From Kofleriaceae bacterium (GTDB lineage Bacteria > Myxococcota_A > Polyangia > Haliangiales > Haliangiaceae): DNA of 64,000 bases. The notes beneath the pieces were generated by a model. It did no database searches. It worked only from the letters and a program-made list of their open reading frames with translations, and was not told where the DNA came from. Position 1 is the stretch's first letter, and each line of letters opens with the position of its first letter. This document shows positions 1-10,014 of this stretch, one piece after another. The position numbers were made by a program, and so were the translations under genes. The DNA lies in contig JBKJLC010000237.1 in the NCBI GenBank assembly GCA_046597055.1, forward strand, positions 32,001-96,000. Reading direction: 5' to 3'.

Positions 1-78
1 CTGAAACTCGACGATGTTGTACGGGTTCCCGTCGATCAGGACCTTGAGACCCTTGCGGATGTCCGACGTGTCATACAT
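1..78 (-). CDS. efp: Elongation factor P, 5' part (runs off window)
   Basis: Reverse strand from ATG at 78 reads MYDTSDIRKGLKVLIDGNPYNIVEFQ, the typical EF-P N-terminus; not in the ORF track. Confidence 0.92.
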   Translation of the reverse strand, partial: MYDTSDIRKGLKVLIDGNPYNIVEFQ

Positions 79-87
79 GGCCGGACG

Positions 88-116
88 CTCTTACCCGACC
101 GCTCTCGCGCTGTCAA
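88..116 (-). promoter_or_regulatory. Sigma70-type promoter of efp
   Basis: Minus strand TTGACA (116-111), 17-nt spacer, TAAGAG (93-88), 9 nt before the ATG. Confidence 0.7.
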
Positions 117-129
117 ACAGATCCAACGG

Positions 130-437
130 TTAGAGACCTGGCCCCAGCTCGCGGTCCACTCGAACGCGGCGAACGGCAGCTTGTCGTCGCGGCCTTCGCC
201 GGTGCTCCACGTGTCGAGCCGCTGGCCGTCGGAGGTCGCGACCACGACGTCGACCTGGGGCGCCGCGTCCCCGCCGGCGCAGTACCGGGCGCCGCCGCCG
301 ACCATGGCGACCTGGATCGTGGTGGCCTTGCTGGCGTCGAGCCACGCCGGGCGGGGCCCGGTGGGCCCGCAGCCGGCGACCACCAGGATCGGAAGAACCA
401 TGACGGGACGAGCGATCCCGGAGCTGCGAGGGACCAT
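130..437 (-). pseudogene. Probable 3'-truncated lipoprotein gene
   Basis: Hydrophobic segment plus lipobox LVVAGC and GC3-rich codons up to ...TASWGQV; the frame then runs abruptly into the efp promoter and overlaps efp. Confidence 0.45.
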
Positions 438-521
438 CGGGCGCCATCGTCGGCCCTGGGGGGTGAACCGCGCAATCTCCCCGCAAACGCGCCGGCGCGC
501 GCTGCGCCCGACACCGGGGCC

Positions 522-1046
522 ATGCTACCAAGGATCATCGTGGACCAGGCAGAGCGGTATCTGCAGCTGGCGCTCCTGGGGCGGGCCGTGTTCGTGGCGT
601 CATCGGCGCCCGCGGCCCTGGTGCGACGCCGCGCCGACAACCAGGACACCGACAGCGACTCGCGCCCCTCGCTCGACGAGGAGGTCGATACCCTCATCGC
701 GCCGGTGCTCGGCCGCCGCCGCGGGCCGCGCGGCGTCGAGGTCTACCCGCTCGCCAAGAAGCTGGGCGCCTCGTTCGCCGACATGATCACCGTGGGCCGC
801 ACCCCCAACAATGACGTCGTGCTTCGCGACGTCACCGTGTCGCGCTTCCACGCGTACTTTCGCCAGCGCGGCGACAAGTGGATCGTGGCCGACGCCGGCT
901 CCAAGAACGGTAGCGAGCTCGGCGGCGAGCCGCTCGAGGCCCGCAAGGAGCGCGAGCTCGTGTCGGGCACCGCGGTGCGCATCGGCGACCTCGAGCTGAC
1001 GTTCTACACCGCGGCCGAGCTGTACGGCGTCCTCGGCGGTCGGTAG
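522..1046 (+). CDS. FHA-domain protein (start may be GTG at 540)
   Basis: FHA motifs ITVGRTPNND, VSRFHA, DAGSKNGS. Confidence 0.88.
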   Translation: MLPRIIVDQAERYLQLALLGRAVFVASSAPAALVRRRADNQDTDSDSRPSLDEEVDTLIAPVLGRRRGPRGVEVYPLAKKLGASFADMITVGRTPNNDVVLRDVTVSRFHAYFRQRGDKWIVADAGSKNGSELGGEPLEARKERELVSGTAVRIGDLELTFYTAAELYGVLGGR

Positions 1047-1161
1047 CACCGACGCGGCTGGCAGCGCTCGTGGGCGAGTCCGCGCAACCGCGCGGCGGCC
1101 GGCGCGACGGATGCGGGCGGCAGCCGTCGACGGCGTCGATCATGCGAGCTAAGACTCGGGC

Positions 1162-1659
1162 ATGGTCGACCCGGACTGGACGGAACGGCGCCTGTGCGAC
1201 GACGGTGGCTGCACCGGGGTCATCGGCGGCGATGGGCAGTGCAAGGTGTGCGGCCACGCGGCCCGCTTCTGGGGCGACGAGCGGCGACGTGGGCTCCGCA
1301 GCGACGACGACGCCGACCGCGAGACCAGCGAGCACGTGATCGCCCGGGCCATGCCGGTGGCCGAGGGCGAGGTCGCCGAGCGCCGGATGTGCGCCGACGG
1401 CGCCTGCGTCGGCCTCCTCGGAGACGACGGGCGCTGCAAGGTGTGCGGCGCGCTCGCGCCCGATGCACCCGTGCGGTCGTCCGCGGACGCGGGTGCCCGC
1501 GGCGACGACGGCGTTGGCGGTCGGTTCGCCGACCCCGACGAGGACGTGGCCGACGTCGAGGTCCGCGCGGTGTGCCCCGATGGCAACTGCATCGGCCTGA
1601 TCGGGGCCGATGGGCGCTGCAAGGCGTGCCTGCGCGCCGCCGGCGACCTGCCGGAGTGA
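1162..1659 (+). CDS. Hypothetical protein with three Cys4 repeats (putative metal-binding)
   Basis: Three copies of C-x-DG-x-C-x-G-x2-G-x-DG-x-C-K-x-C with acidic linkers; 3 bp upstream of the ThiF gene. Confidence 0.8.
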   Translation: MVDPDWTERRLCDDGGCTGVIGGDGQCKVCGHAARFWGDERRRGLRSDDDADRETSEHVIARAMPVAEGEVAERRMCADGACVGLLGDDGRCKVCGALAPDAPVRSSADAGARGDDGVGGRFADPDEDVADVEVRAVCPDGNCIGLIGADGRCKACLRAAGDLPE

Positions 1660-1662
1660 AAC

Positions 1663-2313
1663 GTGGCAGGTCCGCGCATCACCGTGATCGGCGCCGGCGG
1701 CCTGGGCGGGCCGATCGCGCTGGCGCTCGGTGATGCCGGCGCGGTGGTGACGGTGTGCGATCCCGACGTCGTCGAGCTGTCGAACCTGCACCGGCAGGTC
1801 CAGTTCGGGGTGGCCGATCTCGGCGCCGGCAAGGCGGCGGCGCTGGCGGCGGCGATCCAGGCGCGCGGGGGCACCGCGCGCAGCGTCGCGCGGCCGTTCG
1901 CGGCGGCGACCGCGGCCGAGCTGGCGGCGGATGCCGAGGTGCTCGTCGATGGCTGCGACGATCCCGTCACCAAGTTCGCGGTCGCCGACGGGGCCCGCCG
2001 GTCCGGCCGGCCGTACGTGATCGCCGCGGCGCTGCGCTACGGCGGGAACGTGTTCGCCGGGGCGCCCGGCACCGCCTGCTACCGGTGCCTGTTCGAGGAT
2101 CCGCCCGACGAAGCCCCGACCTGCGCGGACGCCGGCGTGCTCGGGCCGCTGGTCGGCTGGGTCGGCGGCGTCGCCGCCGCTGCCGCGCTGCGCCTGGCCG
2201 GCGGCGATCGGGCGGCCGCCGGGCGGATCTGGGTGCTCGACGATCTGCGCCGCGGTCCGCCCCGCGAGCTGGCCCTCACCCGCCGGCCCGGCTGCGGCTG
2301 CGAGGCGCCATGA
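1663..2313 (+). CDS. ThiF/MoeB/HesA E1-like adenylyltransferase, catalytic type, N-terminally short
   Basis: GAGGLG, DVVELSNLHRQ, DGCD, CYRC, PTCADAGVLG, C-terminal RRPGCGC. Confidence 0.9.
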   Translation: MAGPRITVIGAGGLGGPIALALGDAGAVVTVCDPDVVELSNLHRQVQFGVADLGAGKAAALAAAIQARGGTARSVARPFAAATAAELAADAEVLVDGCDDPVTKFAVADGARRSGRPYVIAAALRYGGNVFAGAPGTACYRCLFEDPPDEAPTCADAGVLGPLVGWVGGVAAAAALRLAGGDRAAAGRIWVLDDLRRGPPRELALTRRPGCGCEAP

Positions 2314-2756
2314 CCGCGTTCTCGCCAGCGCAGGTGCGGCGCTACGCGCGGCACGTGCTGCTGCCCGACGTCGGGGGCACCGGCCAGGCCCGGCTGCTCG
2401 CGGCCTGCGTCGCGGTCGATCTCGGGGGGGCCGCGGCGCGGGTCGCCGCGACGTACCTGGTGGCGGCCGGGGTCGGCCGGGTGTGGCTCACCGGCGACGA
2501 CGCCCGCGCGGTCGCGCTCGCCCGGTTCCCGCTGGTGCCGGCCGACCTCGGCCAGCCGATCGGCGCGGCGATGCGGACCGCGCTGGCCGGCCGCAACCCC
2601 GACGTCACGGTCGGGCTCGGCCCTCCGCCCGCTGGCACCGTACCCCTGGTGATCCCCGACGACACCGACGACCTGCCGCTCGCCGAGGCCTTCGCGCGGG
2701 GCGGCGCCGCGGCGGCGCTGATGGTGCACCGGCTGGCCACGGGCGGCCCGTCGTGA
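2310..2756 (+). CDS. Degenerate ThiF/MoeB-like protein retaining the N-terminal RYxRH helix
   Basis: ATGA overlap with upstream gene; RRYARHVLLPDVGGTGQARL and YLVAAGVG present; GxGxxG, SNLxRQ and Zn/catalytic cysteines absent. Confidence 0.8.
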   Translation: MTAFSPAQVRRYARHVLLPDVGGTGQARLLAACVAVDLGGAAARVAATYLVAAGVGRVWLTGDDARAVALARFPLVPADLGQPIGAAMRTALAGRNPDVTVGLGPPPAGTVPLVIPDDTDDLPLAEAFARGGAAAALMVHRLATGGPS

Positions 2757-3178
2757 TCACCGAGGATGCCTGGGCCACGCTGAGCGACCTGTGCGAGCAG
2801 GCCTATCCGCGCGAAGCGTGCGGGTGGCTGGCCGGCACCGACCCCGACCGGCTCGACACGGTGCGACCGGCCGCGACCGGCGGCCGCGATCACTTCCGGT
2901 TCTCCGCCGAAGATCTGCTCGCGCTCGCGGCGGCGACCCGCGGGGCCACGCCGCCGCGGGCGCTGTTCCACGCGCATCCCGACGGGGCCCCGACCCTGTC
3001 GGCGGCCGACCGCGCGGCCCTGGCGCCCGGCGGGGTCGTGCTGCACCCACTGCCGCACCTGGTCGTGGCGGTGGCCGGGCGGCGCGCCCACGCGGCGACG
3101 CTGCACGGCTGGCGCGCGGGTGCGCCGTTCGTGATCGCGCAGTGGCAGCGGGTCGGCGCGGCCTGGAGGCCGCGGTGA
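2753..3178 (+). CDS. JAB/Mov34/MPN+ (M67) metallopeptidase
   Basis: YPREACG glutamate and FHAHP-x6-SAAD JAMM motif; GTGA overlap. Confidence 0.88.
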   Translation: MITEDAWATLSDLCEQAYPREACGWLAGTDPDRLDTVRPAATGGRDHFRFSAEDLLALAAATRGATPPRALFHAHPDGAPTLSAADRAALAPGGVVLHPLPHLVVAVAGRRAHAATLHGWRAGAPFVIAQWQRVGAAWRPR

Positions 3179-3519
3179 CCCCCGATCCGATCCCGGCCGG
3201 GCCACGGCTGACGTTCGTCCTTGCCACCGGCCCGGCGGTCGGCGACCTCGCCCGGATCGTCGCGCTGGCGCGGGCCGCGCAGCGCCGCCACGTGCCGACC
3301 GCGCTGTTCGCCATGCACCACGGCGTGACCACGCTCGCCGCCGCGCCGGCCCTGGTCGCCGCGCTCCACGACGCCGACTGCGACGTGGTCGGGTGCGCCA
3401 CCAGCGCCGACCAGCTCGGCGTCGAGCTCGCGACCCTGGCCGCGGCCGGGGTCGCGATCGGCAGCCAGGACGATCATGCCCGCCTGGTTGATGGCGCCCG
3501 CGTGGTGGCGTTCACGTGA
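3175..3519 (+). CDS. DsrE/TusD-like sulfur relay protein
   Basis: DsrE-fold pattern LFAMHHGV, CATSA (candidate active Cys), GSQ; GTGA overlap. Confidence 0.75.
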   Translation: MTPDPIPAGPRLTFVLATGPAVGDLARIVALARAAQRRHVPTALFAMHHGVTTLAAAPALVAALHDADCDVVGCATSADQLGVELATLAAAGVAIGSQDDHARLVDGARVVAFT

Positions 3520-4025
3520 CCGCGCCGCCGGCCCGCGCCCCGGCGACCGCGGCCGTCCTCATCGGCACGGTCGACCCGGCGACCGCCGACGAGGCCCTGC
3601 GCGCGGCGGTGGGGCTGACCCTGCGCGGCGCGCGCGTGCTCGTCGTCCTCGCCGACCCGACCGTCACCTTCGGCGCGCGCGGCGCGCGGGCGCAGGCCAC
3701 GCTCCGCCTGTTCGCGCACCGCGTCGAGGGCTCCGACCACCTCGCCACCGCGCTGCAGGCCACCACGGTCGAGGTCTGGGGCCCGGTCGCGGCCCCTGCC
3801 GCGCCGGCCGCCCTCGACGGCGCCTCGCCCCACCCGGCCGCCGTCGAACCGCCGGTCGACCTCGTCCACCCGGTCGCCCCGCGGCTCCACCTGGTCCGCC
3901 CCGGCCGCGCATACCCGCTGCGGGGCGGTGACGACCTCGTGGTAGACCTGCCGGACCGCCTCGACGATGCCACCGCCGACCGCCTCCTCGAACTCGTCGT
4001 CCCCGCCGGCGCCGTCGTCTGGTGA
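3516..4025 (+). CDS. DsrF/TusC-like protein, possibly fused to a DsrH-like part
   Basis: DEALRAAVGL motif and C-terminal RLLELV...VVW; between DsrE and TusA; no Cys. Confidence 0.55.
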   Translation: MTAPPARAPATAAVLIGTVDPATADEALRAAVGLTLRGARVLVVLADPTVTFGARGARAQATLRLFAHRVEGSDHLATALQATTVEVWGPVAAPAAPAALDGASPHPAAVEPPVDLVHPVAPRLHLVRPGRAYPLRGGDDLVVDLPDRLDDATADRLLELVVPAGAVVW

Positions 4026-4257
4026 CCCCGACGGCACGCTCGACCTCGCGGGTGAGGTGTGTCCCTACACCTTCGTGCGGACCCGGCTCGCGCTCGAAGC
4101 GCTGCCGCTCGGGGCCCGCCTCGCCATCCTGGTCGATCACGAGCCGGCCCGGCGCAACCTGCCGCGCAGCGCCGTCGACTGGGGTCAGGAGATCGCCGGC
4201 GTCGACGAGGTCGCACCCGGGCGCTGGCGCATCGTCGTGATCAAGCGGGTTGCGTGA
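3967..4257 (+). CDS. tusA: Sulfurtransferase TusA/SirA family protein
   Basis: TLDLAGEVCPYTF CPxP-like motif, LVDHEPARRNLP. Confidence 0.85.
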   Translation: MPPPTASSNSSSPPAPSSGDPDGTLDLAGEVCPYTFVRTRLALEALPLGARLAILVDHEPARRNLPRSAVDWGQEIAGVDEVAPGRWRIVVIKRVA

Positions 4258-4288
4258 CGGTCCTCGTCCCGCGTGTTAGATCAAGAAG

Positions 4289-5823
<1,535 letters not shown>

Positions 5824-5873
5824 CCGGCCGGCGCTGATCGGCGCGCTCGCGCGAACCGGCGTAGAGTCGCAGG

Positions 5874-7508
5874 ATGCCTCTCTGGCTGTGGGTGATCCTG
5901 GGGGTGATCGCCGTGCTCGGCGTGGTCGCGATCTACGATCTCGTCCAGACCCAGCGCGCGATCCTGCGCAACTTCCCGATCGTCGGCCACCTCCGCTACA
6001 TCTTCGAGAAGGTCGGGCCCGAGCTCCGCCAGTACATCGTCACCGGCAATGACGAGGAGCGGCCGTTCTCGCGCGACCAGCGGCGCTGGGTCTACACGTC
6101 GGCCAAGAAGGAGAACAGCTACTTCGGCTTCGGCACCGACAACGATCTCGAGCAGTCGACCGGCTACATCATCATCCGCCACGCGGCGTTCCCGCTGACC
6201 ACCCCGTCGGCCGGGCAGCCCGGCTACGATCCGCTTCACCTGCTGCCGTGCGCCAAGGTCCTCGGCGCCAAGCGCGGCCGCGCCCGCGCGTTCCGCCCGC
6301 GCTCGATCATCAACGTTTCGGCGATGAGCTACGGCTCGCTGTCGGGCGCGGCGGTCGAGGCGATCAACCGCGGCGTCGCGATCGCCGGCGCCTTGCAGAA
6401 CACCGGCGAGGGTGGGATCTCCGACTTCCACCGCAAGGGCGGCGAGCTGATCTGGCAGATCGGCACCGGCTACTTCGGGTGCCGCGACGGCGCGGGCCGG
6501 TTCTCGATGGAGCGGTTCCTCGAGTCGATCGCGTCGGCGCCGGTGCGCGCCATCGAGATCAAGCTGTCACAAGGCGCCAAGCCCGGGATGGGCGGCCTCT
6601 TGCCGGCGGCCAAGGTCACGCCCGAGATCGCGCGCATCCGCGGCGTGCCGGTCGGCAAGGACGTGGTCAGCCCGGCCGCGCACGCGGAGTTCCGCGACGT
6701 GTCGTCGATGCTCGACTTCATCGAGCAGCTCGCCGAGGCCACCGGCCTGCCGGTCGGCATCAAGAGCGCGGTCGGCGAGTCCGGGTTCTGGCACGAGCTG
6801 GCCCGGCAGATGCGCCAGAGCGGCCGCGCGCCCGACTTCATCACGATCGATGGCGGCGAAGGCGGGACCGGCGCCGCGCCGCTGGTGTTCGCCGATCACG
6901 TGGCGATGCCGTGGAAGCTCGGCTTCAGCGAGGTCTACCGCGCGCTCGCCGAGGAGGGCGTCCACGAGGACGTCGTATTCATCGGCTCCGGCAAGCTCGG
7001 GTTCCCCGAGAACGCGCTGCTGGCGCTGGCGATGGGCGCCGACCTGATCAACGTGGCCCGCGAGGGGATGCTGGCGATCGGCTGCATCCAGGCCCAGCAG
7101 TGCCACACCGGCCACTGCCCGACCGGGGTCGCGACCCAGAGCAAGTGGCTCATGCGCGGGCTCGACCCGACCAACAAGTCGTACCGGCTGGCCAACTACC
7201 TGGTCGCGGTGCGCAAGGATCTGCTGCACCTCGCCCACGCCTGCGCCCAGGTCCATCCGGCGCTGGTCCCGCTCGACGCGATCGACATCATCGAGGGGCT
7301 GGTGCGCCGGCCGGCCCGCGAGGTGTTCGGCTACCAGCCGAGCTGGGGCCTGCCGCCCGACCCCGACCGGACCGCGATCGCCTCGATCATGAGCGGCCGC
7401 GAGGTGGTCTCGCCCCAGGCCGCCGCGCCCGGGGTGGCCGAGGGCACCGCCGCGCGCGCCGAGCAGGTCGCCAACGTCGCCGCCGGCAAGGCCCCGGGGC
7501 CGCCGTGA
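5874..7508 (+). CDS. FMN-binding glutamate synthase family protein
   Basis: SAMSYGSLS, NTGEGG, EIKLSQGAKPG, IDGGEGGTGAAP, CIQAQQCHTGHCP. Confidence 0.92.
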   Translation: MPLWLWVILGVIAVLGVVAIYDLVQTQRAILRNFPIVGHLRYIFEKVGPELRQYIVTGNDEERPFSRDQRRWVYTSAKKENSYFGFGTDNDLEQSTGYIIIRHAAFPLTTPSAGQPGYDPLHLLPCAKVLGAKRGRARAFRPRSIINVSAMSYGSLSGAAVEAINRGVAIAGALQNTGEGGISDFHRKGGELIWQIGTGYFGCRDGAGRFSMERFLESIASAPVRAIEIKLSQGAKPGMGGLLPAAKVTPEIARIRGVPVGKDVVSPAAHAEFRDVSSMLDFIEQLAEATGLPVGIKSAVGESGFWHELARQMRQSGRAPDFITIDGGEGGTGAAPLVFADHVAMPWKLGFSEVYRALAEEGVHEDVVFIGSGKLGFPENALLALAMGADLINVAREGMLAIGCIQAQQCHTGHCPTGVATQSKWLMRGLDPTNKSYRLANYLVAVRKDLLHLAHACAQVHPALVPLDAIDIIEGLVRRPAREVFGYQPSWGLPPDPDRTAIASIMSGREVVSPQAAAPGVAEGTAARAEQVANVAAGKAPGPP

Positions 7509-7547
7509 TGCCCGCGTAGCCGGGGCCCTGTGTTAGCGTCCGCCGCG

Positions 7548-8105
7548 ATGGCCAGCCTGCTGCTGTGGATGGACATGGAGATGAGCGGGCTCGACCCCGC
7601 CAAGGACCGCATCCTCGAGATCGCGACGATCGTCACGACCGCCGAGCTCGAGGTGGTCGCCGATGGCCCCGACCTGGTCGTGCACCAGGCCGACGAGGTG
7701 CTCGCCGGCATGGACAGCTGGAACACCGCGCACCACGGCGCCTCGGGGCTGACCGAGAAGGTCCGGCTGTCGACGGTGACCGACGCCGACGCCGAGGCCC
7801 AGACCCTCGCGTTCATCGCCGCGCACTTCGGCGCCCGGGACCGCCCGGTGCTGTGCGGCAACTCGATCCACCAGGACCGCCGCTTCATCCGCCGCTACCT
7901 GCCGGCGCTCGACGCCCGCCTGCACTACCGCATGGTCGACGTGTCGACGATCAAGGAGCTGGGTCGGCGCTGGTATCCAGCGGTGGTCGCGACCATGCCG
8001 TCGAAGAGCGATGGCCACCGCGCGCTCGACGACGTCCGCGAGTCGATCGCCGAGCTCCGGTTCTACCGGGAACGCCTGTTCATCCCGCGCGCGGTCACGG
8101 CGTAG
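7548..8105 (+). CDS. orn: Oligoribonuclease
   Basis: WMDMEMSGLD, LCGNSIHQDRRF, HYRMVDVSTIKEL, HRALDDVRESIAEL. Confidence 0.96.
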   Translation: MASLLLWMDMEMSGLDPAKDRILEIATIVTTAELEVVADGPDLVVHQADEVLAGMDSWNTAHHGASGLTEKVRLSTVTDADAEAQTLAFIAAHFGARDRPVLCGNSIHQDRRFIRRYLPALDARLHYRMVDVSTIKELGRRWYPAVVATMPSKSDGHRALDDVRESIAELRFYRERLFIPRAVTA

Positions 8106-8520
8106 CCGGCGGCGGCGCCGGCGGATCGATCGCGTCGATCGAGATCGCCACCGTGCTGCCGGCCGCGGCCGCGACGGTGCGCCGCACGCGACGCGGCCCG
8201 CCGATGGTGTCGAGTTCGATCGTCACCTCGACCTGCACGGCCGGCGGCGGCGTGCGCAGCGTGATCGGTGCGCGGCGCTCACCGGCCGCGAAGATTCGTT
8301 CGGTCCCGCCCAGGGATCGTTCGCCCTCGGCCACGTCGATCCGCACCCCGCGGATCGCGTCGCCGCTCGGCCCGGGATCGACGACGACCGTGAGCTCCTC
8401 TCGGTCGCCTTCGCAGTCGCGGGTGGCGAGCGCGACGATCATCGCGACGCCGCCGGCGAGCAGCAGGCGCGAGACGAGGCGGCGGGCGATCGGTGACAGC
8501 TCGATGGTTCTTGGTAGCAT
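8095..8520 (-). CDS. Hypothetical membrane-anchored protein (start uncertain)
   Basis: Fills the orn-glgC gap with GC3-rich codons; N-terminal hydrophobic segment RLLLAGGVAMIVALA. Confidence 0.6.
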   Translation of the reverse strand: MLPRTIELSPIARRLVSRLLLAGGVAMIVALATRDCEGDREELTVVVDPGPSGDAIRGVRIDVAEGERSLGGTERIFAAGERRAPITLRTPPPAVQVEVTIELDTIGGPRRVRRTVAAAAGSTVAISIDAIDPPAPPPATP

Positions 8521-8529
8521 CGGATCCGG

Positions 8530-10014
8530 ATGAAGGACACCTTGGTGATGATCATGGCGGGCGGGAAGGGGTCGCGCCTCGGCCCCCTCACGCTGCACCG
8601 ATCCAAACCCGCCGTGCCGTTCGGGGGTCGCTACCGGATCATCGACTTCGTCCTGTCGAACTTCATCAACGGCGGCTACCGCACCATCTACCTGCTCACG
8701 CAGTACATGGCGTCGAGCCTCATCAAGCACCTCAACCGCAACTGGCGGCTGTCGGGCTTCGGCGAGTTCATCGAGGTGGTGCCGGCCCAGATGCGGCTCG
8801 GCGAGTTCTGGTACCGCGGCACCGCCGACGCCGTGTACCAGAACCTGAACCTGGTCCGCGACGCCCGGCCCGCCCACGTCGCGGTGTTCGGCGGCGATCA
8901 CGTCTACAAGTTCGCCCCCGAGCAGATGGATCAGGCCCACCGCGAGCGCGGCGCCGATCTCACGGTCGGCGCGTTCCCGGTCCTGCGCAGCGAGGCCCAC
9001 CAGTTCGGCTGCCTGCACGTCGACGACCAGTGGCGGATCACGTCGTTCGTCGAGAAGCCCAAGGACCCGCCGGGCATGCCCGGCCGGCCCGAGTGGACCC
9101 TGGCCTCGATGGGCAACTACATCTTCAAGGCCGACGTGCTGGCGCGCGTGTTGACCGAGGACGTCAACGATCTGTCGAGCCGCCACGACTTCGGCAAGGA
9201 CGTGATCCCGCGGCTGCTGGCGCAGGGGGCGCGGATCTTCGGCTACGACTTCGCCACCAACCGGGTGCCCGGCGACCCGCCCGACGTGGCGCCGTACTGG
9301 CGCGACGTCGGGACCATCGAGAGCTACTTCGACGCCAACATGGAGCTGCGGGCGCGGGTGCCGGCCCTCGATCTCTACAACCGGCGCTGGCGCATCCGCT
9401 CGGCGCAGCGCGACTACCCGCCGGCGCGGTTCGTGGTCGCCGGCGAAGGTCAGCCTGCGGCCGCGATCGACGACTCGCTGGTGTGCGAGGGCTCGATCGT
9501 CGCCAGCGCCAAGCTGAGCGAGGTGCTGCTCGGCTACGACTGCTTCGTCCATGCCGGCGCCGAGGTGTCCGAGTCGGTCATCCTGAGCGGCTGCGACATC
9601 GGCGCCGGCGCGCGCCTGCACCGGGTGCTGCTCGACAAGAACTGCAAGATCGAGCCGGGCACCGTGCTCGGCGAGGATCCCGAGGCCGACCGCGAGCGGC
9701 TGCCGTTCGTCACCGACTCCGGCATCATCGTGGTGCCGAAGGGCACCGTGGTGCCGGCCAAGGGCCCGGCCATCCTCGCCAACGACGTCGCCGAGCTGGT
9801 CGCGAACGAGCCCGAGCTCAAGAGCCAGCTGCGCCCCGGCACCTACGCGATCGCGATGCGCGGCCGGCACTCGTACGACTCGGCCGGACCGCGCTTCCGG
9901 CGCTACTCGCAGAAGCCGTCCGGATCGCCGCGGGCGCCGGGCGAGGCGCCCGAGGCGATCGATCCGGCCGCGGACGCCACCGGCGAGGTCGACAGCCCCA
10001 GCGACGACGAGTGA
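8530..10014 (+). CDS. glgC: Glucose-1-phosphate adenylyltransferase
   Basis: MAGGKGSRLGPLT..RSKPAVPFGGRYRIIDF, WYRGTADAV, FVEKP, ASMGNYIF, YWRDVGT. Confidence 0.96.
   Translation: MKDTLVMIMAGGKGSRLGPLTLHRSKPAVPFGGRYRIIDFVLSNFINGGYRTIYLLTQYMASSLIKHLNRNWRLSGFGEFIEVVPAQMRLGEFWYRGTADAVYQNLNLVRDARPAHVAVFGGDHVYKFAPEQMDQAHRERGADLTVGAFPVLRSEAHQFGCLHVDDQWRITSFVEKPKDPPGMPGRPEWTLASMGNYIFKADVLARVLTEDVNDLSSRHDFGKDVIPRLLAQGARIFGYDFATNRVPGDPPDVAPYWRDVGTIESYFDANMELRARVPALDLYNRRWRIRSAQRDYPPARFVVAGEGQPAAAIDDSLVCEGSIVASAKLSEVLLGYDCFVHAGAEVSESVILSGCDIGAGARLHRVLLDKNCKIEPGTVLGEDPEADRERLPFVTDSGIIVVPKGTVVPAKGPAILANDVAELVANEPELKSQLRPGTYAIAMRGRHSYDSAGPRFRRYSQKPSGSPRAPGEAPEAIDPAADATGEVDSPSDDE

Noticed and set aside
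455..480. GGGGGTGAA resembling a tmRNA 5' end
   Set aside because: No tRNA-like 3' end or room for a tmRNA in this short intergenic gap.
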